64,000 bases of DNA from a virus (taxonomy: Duplodnaviria; Caudoviricetes), in IMG/VR virus record IMGVR_UViG_3300028563_000020, positions 2,143-66,142 of that record; one strand, written 5' to 3'. Every line of letters starts with the position of its first letter. Positions within the stretch are counted from its first letter, which is position 1. Below, piece after piece: positions 10,405 through 20,299 of this stretch. The notes beneath the pieces were generated by a model that searched no databases, was not told where the DNA came from, and saw only the letters and a program-made list of their open reading frames with translations. Made by a program: the position numbers and the translations under genes.

Positions 10405-11712
10405 TTAAATAAAACTATTTACTGTATATTGTGAAAAGTCTTCATATAATACTTCTTTCGAAGCCCATTGATTATGATAATTTTTAATTTGTTGATCTGA
10501 TAAGACTTTATTATAAATTTTTAAATCAATAAAAGTAGCACATAAAATATTATTATTATTTAACAGCATGTTTGTAAATGATATATTACCACCAGCTAAA
10601 CTATTTACTGTTCCTACCTGTAAAATACCATTTATGTATTGATTAAATACATTTCCAACTCTAGTAAAAACAACTGTTACTGTTGAATTCGTAGGTAAAG
10701 CTGAACCGCTAAATAAATTAGTACCAGCATCATTATTAATTCTTGTATAATCAAAATACATTAGAAAACTTTCTACGGTTGCATTTGAACCCATATCAAA
10801 CCTATATCCTGAATCTATTTTTAAAATTGTACATATAGTAAAATTAGCAGATCCTAAATTTAGCCTATTTGCGTATGTTACTTGACCACCAATTTTAAGT
10901 CCATTATTAGTAATAAGACATTTTTTTACTATTGTTCCATCATATTGTCTTGCATTATTTCCATTGGCTGGATTATCATATGCAATATTAACTATTTTAT
11001 TACCAACAGGATTAAAATTATATGCTGCAATTAATCCATTATCTTTTACTTCATTTGGTTTTAAAATAGATAAGTTTGGATTAAATATAACTGGTTTGGC
11101 TGTTGGTTTAGAATTGAGAAACTGAATATACTTATCATTAATCTCTTTTTGTGAAAGTATATGATTATATAATATAGCTTTATTACAAAAACCATAAAAC
11201 CTAAAAGCAGAAGATACATTTTGTCCACCTAAAATAAAACTATTTGTTTGTCCTGCAAAATATGCTGCTTGATTACTTGTTGATACTATTTTACCGTTAT
11301 TAATATCAAACTTAATAAAATTGTTTATTCTAGTTATTTTTAAGAATGTCCATTTATTCATCATATTATATCCCGGAATAGTAAAAGTATATGAACCACC
11401 TCCTCCATATTGATAGAATAAATAAGACGTATTACCGATGTTATAAAATCCTATAAGTAACCCATGAGAAGCATTATCAAAATTATCAAGTAAAACATAA
11501 GTGTTGTTTATTATATTTTTTGGTTTAATAGTAACAATATAACTAAAATTATTTGTTCCTAAATTTATACCTGTTGCATAGCCACCACTAGCAGAACTTA
11601 ACCCTTTTTCAGTTTGTTTAATTGTTGGTGTCCAAAAAGTAGTTAGTGGTTTACCAGAAACCTTCTCAATTAAACTTCCCTGCTCGAAATTAGTTTCAAA
11701 TATTTTTGACAT
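10405..11712 (-). CDS. tandem LamG-like domain protein
   Basis: Two domains ending ILYNHILSQKEI and KIYNKVLSDQQI; GLIAAYNFN. Confidence 0.7.
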   Translation of the reverse strand: MSKIFETNFEQGSLIEKVSGKPLTTFWTPTIKQTEKGLSSASGGYATGINLGTNNFSYIVTIKPKNIINNTYVLLDNFDNASHGLLIGFYNIGNTSYLFYQYGGGGSYTFTIPGYNMMNKWTFLKITRINNFIKFDINNGKIVSTSNQAAYFAGQTNSFILGGQNVSSAFRFYGFCNKAILYNHILSQKEINDKYIQFLNSKPTAKPVIFNPNLSILKPNEVKDNGLIAAYNFNPVGNKIVNIAYDNPANGNNARQYDGTIVKKCLITNNGLKIGGQVTYANRLNLGSANFTICTILKIDSGYRFDMGSNATVESFLMYFDYTRINNDAGTNLFSGSALPTNSTVTVVFTRVGNVFNQYINGILQVGTVNSLAGGNISFTNMLLNNNNILCATFIDLKIYNKVLSDQQIKNYHNQWASKEVLYEDFSQYTVNSFI

Positions 11713-11718
11713 ATTATA

Positions 11719-12948
11719 TTAATATAATTCTCTAAAACTAAATGATCCGAAAGTATTAGCAGCTCCACCAGTAGCTGTTATAACAATACTTAATATTGTT
11801 GGGTTAGCTCCATTAATATCTAATGATAAAGGTTTTCTATTACTAACAGTATTTGTAAATGAATCTCTAAAACCACCTATTGCAGGTATATAACCAGAAT
11901 AAATAATTTCACCACCAGTAACTGTTGTTCCAGCAACATCAAATTCTACAATAGAGTTCGCTCCTACTGAATTCCAAACTGGTGTTCCCCCTAATGCTCC
12001 ATTATAAACAATTTCATAAAAAATAGTTGCATCAGGAAATATGTTATATGATTCAGGTCTAATTAAACCTCTGTTAACAATGCTATTAAATGTTGCTTTA
12101 GGTCTAATACTCAATATTGCTCTTCTTGTTGTAACTGAAATTGATGTTGTTGCATTATTTGCTGTATGTACTAGTCCATATTCGTCTTTATTACCACCTT
12201 CAGAAGTAACAACAGAACATAATTGTAACATTCTGGTTGGTGTAACTGTTACAGCAGTGTTTTGTAACTCATAGCGTAATGGCAAATTAGCTGTTTGCAT
12301 ATAAACAGTAGTAAGATTATTGGCATTAAACATTTGATGACAATAATAAGTTATACCGTTTATATTAAAACCAAATCTAACTCTACCAACGCCAAGCCAT
12401 TCGAAATCAATAACAAATATTTGTGTTTTGGACATATCTAATAAAATACCTGATTTACCAGTACCATCAAGTCTATCTATATTCCATACTGATTGATTTA
12501 TTGGATTATCAGCTACTGCACCGCTTGTTTTAGTTCTACGAACGACTTTTAGATTAGTACCATCTTGTTCAAAAAATAATCCATTATTAGCATCAAATAG
12601 TCCTAATCTTTGTCTAACATTAGTTTTTTTAGCACCCATTACACCTGTCATTAATACTTGTTGTGATCTTCCAGGTTGATATCTATAATATTCAAATGTT
12701 TGACGAATAGCTGTTGAACCAGATGCTGTAGTCCCTGATAATATAACACCACTATCATTTGGTGAATGTGTAATACTACCGCCAATAGATGTTGAACTCT
12801 GCCAATATAATGGATTTAAGCCATATTGGAATACTGTATCTATTAATGTTGTTGGATTTGAAACTCTAACACGCCCAAAAGCATCTGTTCCTGGAGAATC
12901 AGCAAATGTAATATTTTCGGGAGGCGTAGGGGTTGTTTGAATTATCAT
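11719..12948 (-). CDS. phage virion structural protein
   Basis: DAFGRVRVSNP, YRYQPGRSQ, DFEWLGVGRVRFG motifs seen in phage structural proteins. Confidence 0.65.
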   Translation of the reverse strand: MIIQTTPTPPENITFADSPGTDAFGRVRVSNPTTLIDTVFQYGLNPLYWQSSTSIGGSITHSPNDSGVILSGTTASGSTAIRQTFEYYRYQPGRSQQVLMTGVMGAKKTNVRQRLGLFDANNGLFFEQDGTNLKVVRRTKTSGAVADNPINQSVWNIDRLDGTGKSGILLDMSKTQIFVIDFEWLGVGRVRFGFNINGITYYCHQMFNANNLTTVYMQTANLPLRYELQNTAVTVTPTRMLQLCSVVTSEGGNKDEYGLVHTANNATTSISVTTRRAILSIRPKATFNSIVNRGLIRPESYNIFPDATIFYEIVYNGALGGTPVWNSVGANSIVEFDVAGTTVTGGEIIYSGYIPAIGGFRDSFTNTVSNRKPLSLDINGANPTILSIVITATGGAANTFGSFSFRELY

Positions 12949-13061
12949 TTATATTATATATTTTCTATTATAAATAGTTAATGTTAATAATTATTTTTTT
13001 ATATTTTTATAAATTTCTAGTATTTATGTTTGAGTAGATATTATAACACAATATATAAAAA

Positions 13062-14288
13062 TTGAATTATATTGAATCACATATTGTAAATGCAACACCT
13101 GAGTTATTAGAAATAACTAATAAAACAAGAAATTTATATAATAAAGTTAATTATATTATTAGACAAGAATTTATTAATAATAAAAATTATTTGTCTAAAT
13201 ATACCTTATTTACAATATGTAAAGATCTAGATGAATACAAGTGTTTACCATGTAGAGTTGCCAGAGGAGTAATTAGAACACTTGATGCTAATTGGAATGG
13301 ATTTTTTGTAACTATTAAAGATTATAAAAAATCACCATTTAAATATACAGGAAGACCTAATTTGCCTAAATATCTTAAAAAAGAACAAAAATATTTTACT
13401 GCAATATTTACTGATTATGCAGTATTAAGAAAAAATTTAAATATAACAGGTAAAATAGGATTATCTGGTTTAAAAATGAAAATTAATTTTCAACATAAAG
13501 AAAATAGAATTATTGAAGCATATTTAATACCATATTATAATAAATTTAAAATAAATATAATGTATGAAAAAGAGAACATTTTCTTAAAGGAAGACAATAA
13601 TAGATATTATTCTATTGATCTTGGTGTAAATAACTTGATGACTATAACTTCAAATGATAAAGGCATAATACCTTTAATCATTAATGGTAGACCAATAAAA
13701 GCACTAAATCAATATTATAATAAAAAACAAGCTAATTTAAAATCTCAGTTAATAAAAGATAATAAATTATTTAGTTCTAAACGATTAAAAAGATTAAATT
13801 ATAAAAGAATAAATAAAATTAATGATTATTTTCACAAGTCATCTAAATTATTAATTGATAACTGTATTCTTAATAATATTAATACAATTATTATCGGTCA
13901 TAATCCATATTGGAAATTGGAATGTAATATGGGAAAGAAAAATAATCAAAAATTTGTTAATATTCCTTTTAATAGATTAATAAAAATGATACAATATAAA
14001 GCCTTATGTAAAGGAATTAAGGTTTTATTCCAAGAAGAATCTTATACAAGTAAATCATCGTTTATTAATTTAGATAAAATACCTGTTTATAATGGTAAAG
14101 AAAGCACTAATAAAGTTGAATTTAGTGGGGAAAGAATAAAAAGGGGATTATATAAAATAAATAACAATAATATTATAATAAACTCTGATGTAAATGGAAG
14201 TTATAATATTTTAAGAAAAGCAGTTCCAAAAGCATTCGTTGATGGGATAGAGGGTTTTGCAGTGAACCCAATAAAGGTAACTTTATAA
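13062..14288 (+). mobile_element. tnpB: IS200/IS605-family TnpB RNA-guided nuclease (no TnpA; IS1341-like)
   Basis: RNLYN, P-x-Y-x-K, RuvC-I SIDLGVNNL, QEESYTSK, RuvC-III NSDVNGSYNI; inserted antisense within the structural block. Confidence 0.9.
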
Positions 14289-14341
14289 ATATAATATATT
14301 TAAATATATATTATGATATTGTTGATACGGACGATGTTATT

Positions 14342-15403
14342 TTAATTAGTTAATTTATAACTAAATGTTAATGTATTTGAGGCAGCTCCACTCCATACTA
14401 CTTTTATCATTAGACGTTCAATAGGAAACGAATTCCATATCCAATAATATGACTGAGCTGTTCCATTTCCAATAGTTATTGGTGATTGTCCAGTAAGATC
14501 AAAGGTTATGTCTTTCCAATTCACGTCATCAGAATCCACACATGTGCTTTTTAATGGTACTTGTAATGTAACAATCATACTTGTTGATGCTCCAGCACTA
14601 CTAACAAGTCCAGCAAACCAATTTGTAAATCCAGCAGTATATAATACATCCCTTGTTGTGCCTGATGCTTGATTTGTGTAGTCTATAGGTTCATTTTGAT
14701 CTATGTAGTGACTCCATTCAGGATTTTGATTAATAATTTTATCAGCGTTAAGACCATAATCAATTGTTTCATCAGGAATTTCAACCCTTATAAATATTTT
14801 ATCATTAGCATTAAGTGTGGGTAATGTATTAAAATATTTTATATCATAAACATTTGTTGTTGTTGGTATACTTGTGGTTAAGCTTGCATCAGCAATAGTG
14901 TCACTAAATGTAGTTCCTGTAATATTATTAATTGTTGTTAATAATAAATAATTATTACTTGTAGTTCCAGTAAAAGCAGGAGTTCTATAAATGTTACGAG
15001 CAATTACTTGTGTATTACCTGTTGGTATATTACTTAATAATACTGTTTTACTTGCACCTGTAATATTAATAAGATTTGATGGTCTACTTGCTAGTGTTTC
15101 GTCGCCAGTGCTATATAGATAAGTAGTTGCATATAAGTGTTTACCTGTTGTAACAGATCCACCAGCAGTTGGATTTCCAGCAGTTAAAGTTGTTGTTGGT
15201 GTAGATCCTGTAATTGTAGCATTCCATAATGTAGGAGCACCAATAACGTAACCAATATTATTATTATTTAAACCTGTTTGATTAGCAACTAATTTTAATA
15301 CTGATTGATCAAAAAGAAATGGAAATCCAAAAACATTTATTATTCTTGAATTACTATTAAAAACATAACCTGTTTGCTTGTATTGACCAATTTGAATATC
15401 CAT
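14342..15403 (-). CDS. virion structural protein
   Basis: T/G-rich; ARNIYRT...LLTTINNITGTTFSD pattern. Confidence 0.55.
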   Translation of the reverse strand: MDIQIGQYKQTGYVFNSNSRIINVFGFPFLFDQSVLKLVANQTGLNNNNIGYVIGAPTLWNATITGSTPTTTLTAGNPTAGGSVTTGKHLYATTYLYSTGDETLASRPSNLINITGASKTVLLSNIPTGNTQVIARNIYRTPAFTGTTSNNYLLLTTINNITGTTFSDTIADASLTTSIPTTTNVYDIKYFNTLPTLNANDKIFIRVEIPDETIDYGLNADKIINQNPEWSHYIDQNEPIDYTNQASGTTRDVLYTAGFTNWFAGLVSSAGASTSMIVTLQVPLKSTCVDSDDVNWKDITFDLTGQSPITIGNGTAQSYYWIWNSFPIERLMIKVVWSGAASNTLTFSYKLTN

Positions 15404-15462
15404 GAAAAATTTATTATATTATCTTAATTTTCTATAAATAGTTTTTATAAAATTTTATATTA

Positions 15463-16860
15463 TTACATCACAAGTCCTGCATATATTAATGCTTTGTTAA
15501 TTCCAGAATCAATAACAGAACCACTTCCATTAAATACTGCTACATTGTTTTGTGTTGCACCAGTAACAATATTCATTTTATTGTTTAATACTGTCTGAGT
15601 ATTACCTGTATATGTATTAAATAATGTTGTATTTAATTTAGTATTAGTAACACCACTAATATGATTAATTTGATTTTGTACATTACTTGTAGTTCCAGTT
15701 AGATTTAAATAATTAGTTTGTGTTAAATGATAAAATTGATCTGATTGATTTCCGCCTTGTTTATTACCAGTATCGTTATGATTTATTACTTGTGATGTAG
15801 CAAATGTTCTTATAAAAGCAGATTCCATAAATCCCGTTGCTGATGTATTCTGAATTATTGCTCTACCAACAAGTGTACAATGATTCTTAATTAATATTGG
15901 TAAATCAGTTCTTTCAGTTGCTAATTCAGCATCTGCTTGATTATTATATTGTGAGTCTCCTAGTACATAAAATACTTGTTTAACATCACCGATACTTCTA
16001 TAAAACCATCTAACACCCCATTTATTACCAGTTAATGAGATTGGCCCTGTTGGTGGATTATATTGTGTATTATTATAAACAGATACATTATTATATGACC
16101 AAATACCACTTGTTATTGTTGATTCAGTTAAAATATCTGTACTACTATTAAATCCTAATACTGTTTGCACAATAGCACCAGTATAAACTAAAGAACTACT
16201 AACAATAACGGTTCTGTTAGCAGGACTTGATGATTCAGTAATAATTAAACCACCATCACTACTTCTAACATATTTTGCTTTATGATATTCAGCATCTTGA
16301 AGTTTATTTGATAAACCTAAACCAAGTCTGTCGAAATTTAATGAATGTATAGTTGTTCCTTGTCTCCAACAAGCAAATAAAGGTATAATATTACTATTAT
16401 TAATATTAGTACCAACAGTTTCTTTATACATTATTGGATTGCCATTATTATATTTAATAGCAACATATTCTTCATTACCATCAATAAATGTAAATGTACT
16501 ACCGCTAATATTATATAGATGCAAATAACCAGTATAACCAGAAGTGGTATATAATAATGCTTGTACTGAACTTATTGTAGCAGTTCCATTATTATTGATT
16601 AGTATAGGATCATTATTTCCAATAACACCAGCAGATAAATAACCAGTTGCACCGCTTAAAATATTTATTTTATTTAATAGATTACTAGTATTTCCAGTAA
16701 TAAAATTAACATCAGGAACTGATAATTTATTATAATTTGAACTATTATCAGTTAAATATTGTAAATTATGCACAAACGTATTACCCGATAATGTTAATGT
16801 ATTACCTGAAAATTGATGAACTTTGGTATTATCTAATAAAATTTTACTTTCGAAACCCAT
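15463..16860 (-). CDS. tail appendage protein
   Basis: Shared N-terminal QFSGNTLTLSGNT module; FNTYTG repeat unit. Confidence 0.6.
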   Translation of the reverse strand: MGFESKILLDNTKVHQFSGNTLTLSGNTFVHNLQYLTDNSSNYNKLSVPDVNFITGNTSNLLNKINILSGATGYLSAGVIGNNDPILINNNGTATISSVQALLYTTSGYTGYLHLYNISGSTFTFIDGNEEYVAIKYNNGNPIMYKETVGTNINNSNIIPLFACWRQGTTIHSLNFDRLGLGLSNKLQDAEYHKAKYVRSSDGGLIITESSSPANRTVIVSSSLVYTGAIVQTVLGFNSSTDILTESTITSGIWSYNNVSVYNNTQYNPPTGPISLTGNKWGVRWFYRSIGDVKQVFYVLGDSQYNNQADAELATERTDLPILIKNHCTLVGRAIIQNTSATGFMESAFIRTFATSQVINHNDTGNKQGGNQSDQFYHLTQTNYLNLTGTTSNVQNQINHISGVTNTKLNTTLFNTYTGNTQTVLNNKMNIVTGATQNNVAVFNGSGSVIDSGINKALIYAGLVM

Positions 16861-16866
16861 TATATA

Positions 16867-18525
16867 TTAGTTTATTGAACTTAATGTATACCACTTATTT
16901 GTTGTTTTATTAAATATTAGTTCGACAGCACCATAATTTGTATTTATTAATGATGTACTTGATCCATCAATATTTCTTGTGTTACCACTAATTGTAATAT
17001 TATTAACAAGAGCATTACCTCCAATATCTTTAATTTTAAATGCTGTCTCATCAATAGGATTTAATGGTAAATTTATTGTATATGCTAATGCTGAATTATT
17101 ACCATAAATAACATATTCATTCCCCGTTAATGTTACTCCACCGGTAATAGTGGTATGTTTATAATGATTTTGTATATTATTATTACCAATAGTATATGTA
17201 TTACCTGTTGGAATATTTATACCATATGTTGCAGTAAATTTACTGTTTGTTGTTAATGTTTGAGCACTTGGTAATATATTTGCTATTCCATATAATAGTG
17301 AATTTGTTTTTCCTAATGCTAAACTTGTTCTATCAATATTATCAATATATAATGTATTATTTCCTGTTTCATAATATCCAGCATATGAGCCTATAAAAAT
17401 ATTTGATGAACCAGATATGTTATTTACCCCTGAATTATACCCAATACTAACATTATTATTTCCTATTGTGTTATTACCTAATGCTGAGTAGCCATTTGCA
17501 ATATTATTGCAGCCAGTAGTGTTATTAAATAATGTTAAATAACCGCTTGCAATATTATTACATCCTGAGGTATTCATACCTAACGTAGAATAACCAATAG
17601 CAATATTTTCACATCCTATTGTATTACATCCTAATGTTGAAAATCCCGCAATTGGAAAACAAAAACCTAACCCAATATTATGACAGCCAGTAGTATTATT
17701 TTTTAATGTATTTTGACCTATTTTAAGATTAGAAAAGTTATTTCTATTAACATCAAATACGGTAACGCCACTTATTTTATAACTATTATAACTATCAAAG
17801 CCTTGACTTGTGTTACCGCTAGAAATAACTCTACCGTTATTAAATATTATGCTATTATTATTAAGATTAATATGTGTATTACCTGTTAGTGAACCACCTA
17901 AACTAATAATATTATTATTTTTTATTATGCCATTATTAAAAATAATACCATTAATACTATGTGTATCAATATATTCCTTATCTGCTATCCAACGAGGATT
18001 ATTTGTATTACCTGAAAAATAATTATTTGCTGCTTCTAAGCCATTTTGATTTAAAATATATGTAGCAGTTTTTCCTGTCTGAGATGTGGTTAAATATAAT
18101 GACGAATTATTCGTCTCTATTGTTGAAGAATCTGTTCCATTATAAAAATTTGTTAAGCTGAAATTTGATGGATCAATAGATAATAATGGCCCAAAAGTAG
18201 ATAATTCACCTAATCTAAAAGTATTACTATTTGTATCAATATCAGTATTATTATTTAATGATCCACCTAATAATACTGTTTTATTCAATAATGTTAAACC
18301 ATTTGTGGCACCACTAACCAATGTGCTTGAACTTCCAGTAAGATGTAAAAATCTATAATCTAAATACCCTTTATCAATTAAAGATCTATTATTATATGTT
18401 GAACTAGCATCTTTAATATATTGTGCTTTTCCTATAAATGTTGTGCCTGATAATGATAATGTATCACCTGTTAATTGATAATATTTATCATTTTTTAGTG
18501 AGATTTTAGTGGTGAAAATTGTCAT
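16867..18525 (-). CDS. tail fibre/adhesin-like protein with YadA-head-like repeats
   Basis: NTTGCNNIAxG 14-aa repeats; shared N-terminal module; C-terminal domain shared with 5630..8062. Confidence 0.65.
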   Translation of the reverse strand: MTIFTTKISLKNDKYYQLTGDTLSLSGTTFIGKAQYIKDASSTYNNRSLIDKGYLDYRFLHLTGSSSTLVSGATNGLTLLNKTVLLGGSLNNNTDIDTNSNTFRLGELSTFGPLLSIDPSNFSLTNFYNGTDSSTIETNNSSLYLTTSQTGKTATYILNQNGLEAANNYFSGNTNNPRWIADKEYIDTHSINGIIFNNGIIKNNNIISLGGSLTGNTHINLNNNSIIFNNGRVISSGNTSQGFDSYNSYKISGVTVFDVNRNNFSNLKIGQNTLKNNTTGCHNIGLGFCFPIAGFSTLGCNTIGCENIAIGYSTLGMNTSGCNNIASGYLTLFNNTTGCNNIANGYSALGNNTIGNNNVSIGYNSGVNNISGSSNIFIGSYAGYYETGNNTLYIDNIDRTSLALGKTNSLLYGIANILPSAQTLTTNSKFTATYGINIPTGNTYTIGNNNIQNHYKHTTITGGVTLTGNEYVIYGNNSALAYTINLPLNPIDETAFKIKDIGGNALVNNITISGNTRNIDGSSTSLINTNYGAVELIFNKTTNKWYTLSSIN

Positions 18526-18657
18526 ATTAATATAGTATTATTTTAATATTTTTATTATAAATACTAAATAAATAAGTTACTATAAATTTTTTATAATAAT
18601 ATTGTTTTTATAGATTTTTATACTATTTATAATAAATTATAAAATTTTATAAATGAT

Positions 18658-19563
18658 ATGGGCGAAAAATATGCAATTATAAGCGTATCAGGAGGTTGTG
18701 GTAAATCTATTTTAAGCACATCTGTAATAAGGGCTATGAGGAATCATTTCGATAATAATAATGAAAAAGATAGAAAAATTATTGTTGTTTCAGGTTATGA
18801 TGCACCTTTTATATATAATAAAAATATTTATAGGACATTTTTGTATGGACAAACTCCGTATTTTTTCGACGAATTTATTAAAGATAAAGATGTTAAAATG
18901 TTTATATTAGAGCCATATCAGGCAGAATCATATTTATTAAGACAAAAACATTTAACTAAAACTTGGTGTGATTTGTATGATATAAAAAATGATAATATAT
19001 ACCCTGAATTAATATTAAATCCAAGAATGACTGAAATGGTTATTGATAAGCTTAAACCAAATAGTCAAAAATTGTTCATGGTTCAATCAAATGGCGGAGC
19101 ACAAAATCAAATATCAAAAAAATCTTGGGCAAGAGACATCCCAATTCAGCAAGCGCAGCAAATAGCTAATTATTATCATAATAAGGGTTATAGAGTTTTG
19201 CATTTAAGACATGAAAATCAACCTAAATTAGAAAATACTGAATGGTTAAGTTTACCAATATTAGAATTATTTCATGTAATACCTTTTATTAATAAATCTC
19301 TTCTTATTGATTCATTCTTGAATCATGCATTTGCTGCATTAAATAAAAAATCTACTGTTTGTTGGATATCATCTTCTCCAAAAGTTTTTGGTTATGATAT
19401 ACATGATAATATTTTACCCAAATCAAAAGAAATATATAATTATGAAGCTGCTTCATTTCTTGAGCAATTTGATTTTACAGGCAATATGCCTTTTCAATTT
19501 CCGTACGAAAGTATAAATATTTTTGATATAAATGAAATTATTGCTTCTATTGATAAGCAATAA
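18658..19563 (+). CDS. glycosyltransferase, GT9 (heptosyltransferase)-like
   Basis: SGGCGKSIL, IDSFLNHAFAALNKKSTVCW, PKVFGY. Confidence 0.6.
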   Translation: MGEKYAIISVSGGCGKSILSTSVIRAMRNHFDNNNEKDRKIIVVSGYDAPFIYNKNIYRTFLYGQTPYFFDEFIKDKDVKMFILEPYQAESYLLRQKHLTKTWCDLYDIKNDNIYPELILNPRMTEMVIDKLKPNSQKLFMVQSNGGAQNQISKKSWARDIPIQQAQQIANYYHNKGYRVLHLRHENQPKLENTEWLSLPILELFHVIPFINKSLLIDSFLNHAFAALNKKSTVCWISSSPKVFGYDIHDNILPKSKEIYNYEAASFLEQFDFTGNMPFQFPYESINIFDINEIIASIDKQ

Positions 19564-19598
19564 TTGATTTTAGTATTTATATAAAAATTTAGCATAAA

Positions 19599-20234
19599 AT
19601 GAAAATAGTTGAAAGTTTAAATAATACTTGGTTTAAGCAAGAGAATAATGATATTTTAAATTTATCTGGTACTACAAACATATATGGTAATATTAATATT
19701 CTTGGTAAGTTAGATGTATCAAATGATTTCGGTTATGTTAAAACAATATTATTTAATAATTATACTGGTAATACAAAAAATATTTTTAATAAATATACTA
19801 AAAATACTGAACAAATATTAAATACTACATTAAGATTATCAGAAGATTCTAAATCATTTAATATTAATAATAGTATTAAATTAGGTATTAATAATAAAAG
19901 TCCACAGGCATTATTGGATATATTTACAACAGGAAAAACAACTGGATTTAGACTAGTTGATGGTAGTCAAAATAATGGTTATGTATTAACAACAGATAAT
20001 AAAGGATTTGGTACTTGGAAATCAATAGTTCATACATTAAGAACAGATTTAAGTAAAAATGGAACTTTATTAAATCATGATTTAGATATAATTCCAAGTA
20101 TTGTTACATTTTATGGCGAAGATCGTAGTTTAAATTTTGATTGGTCATATAATCACAGTGGTTTGAACCAATATAAACAAATTTTCATATATTCTACATT
20201 TGATTTAAAAGATATTACTGTTAATATTATATAA
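19599..20234 (+). CDS. tail appendage protein
   Basis: ILNLSGTTN module; LGINNKSPQALLDI; GYVLTTDNKGFGTW. Confidence 0.55.
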   Translation: MKIVESLNNTWFKQENNDILNLSGTTNIYGNINILGKLDVSNDFGYVKTILFNNYTGNTKNIFNKYTKNTEQILNTTLRLSEDSKSFNINNSIKLGINNKSPQALLDIFTTGKTTGFRLVDGSQNNGYVLTTDNKGFGTWKSIVHTLRTDLSKNGTLLNHDLDIIPSIVTFYGEDRSLNFDWSYNHSGLNQYKQIFIYSTFDLKDITVNII

Positions 20235-20299
20235 TTTATTAATTATATCATATCAATAAATATTTAAACTATTTATATAAAAATTAAATAGTTTATCCG

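Noticed and set aside
13062-14288. TnpB or IscB as the effector of the CRISPR array
   Set aside because: Both are 20-40 kb away and carry their own omegaRNA-type features; the array abuts cas3.
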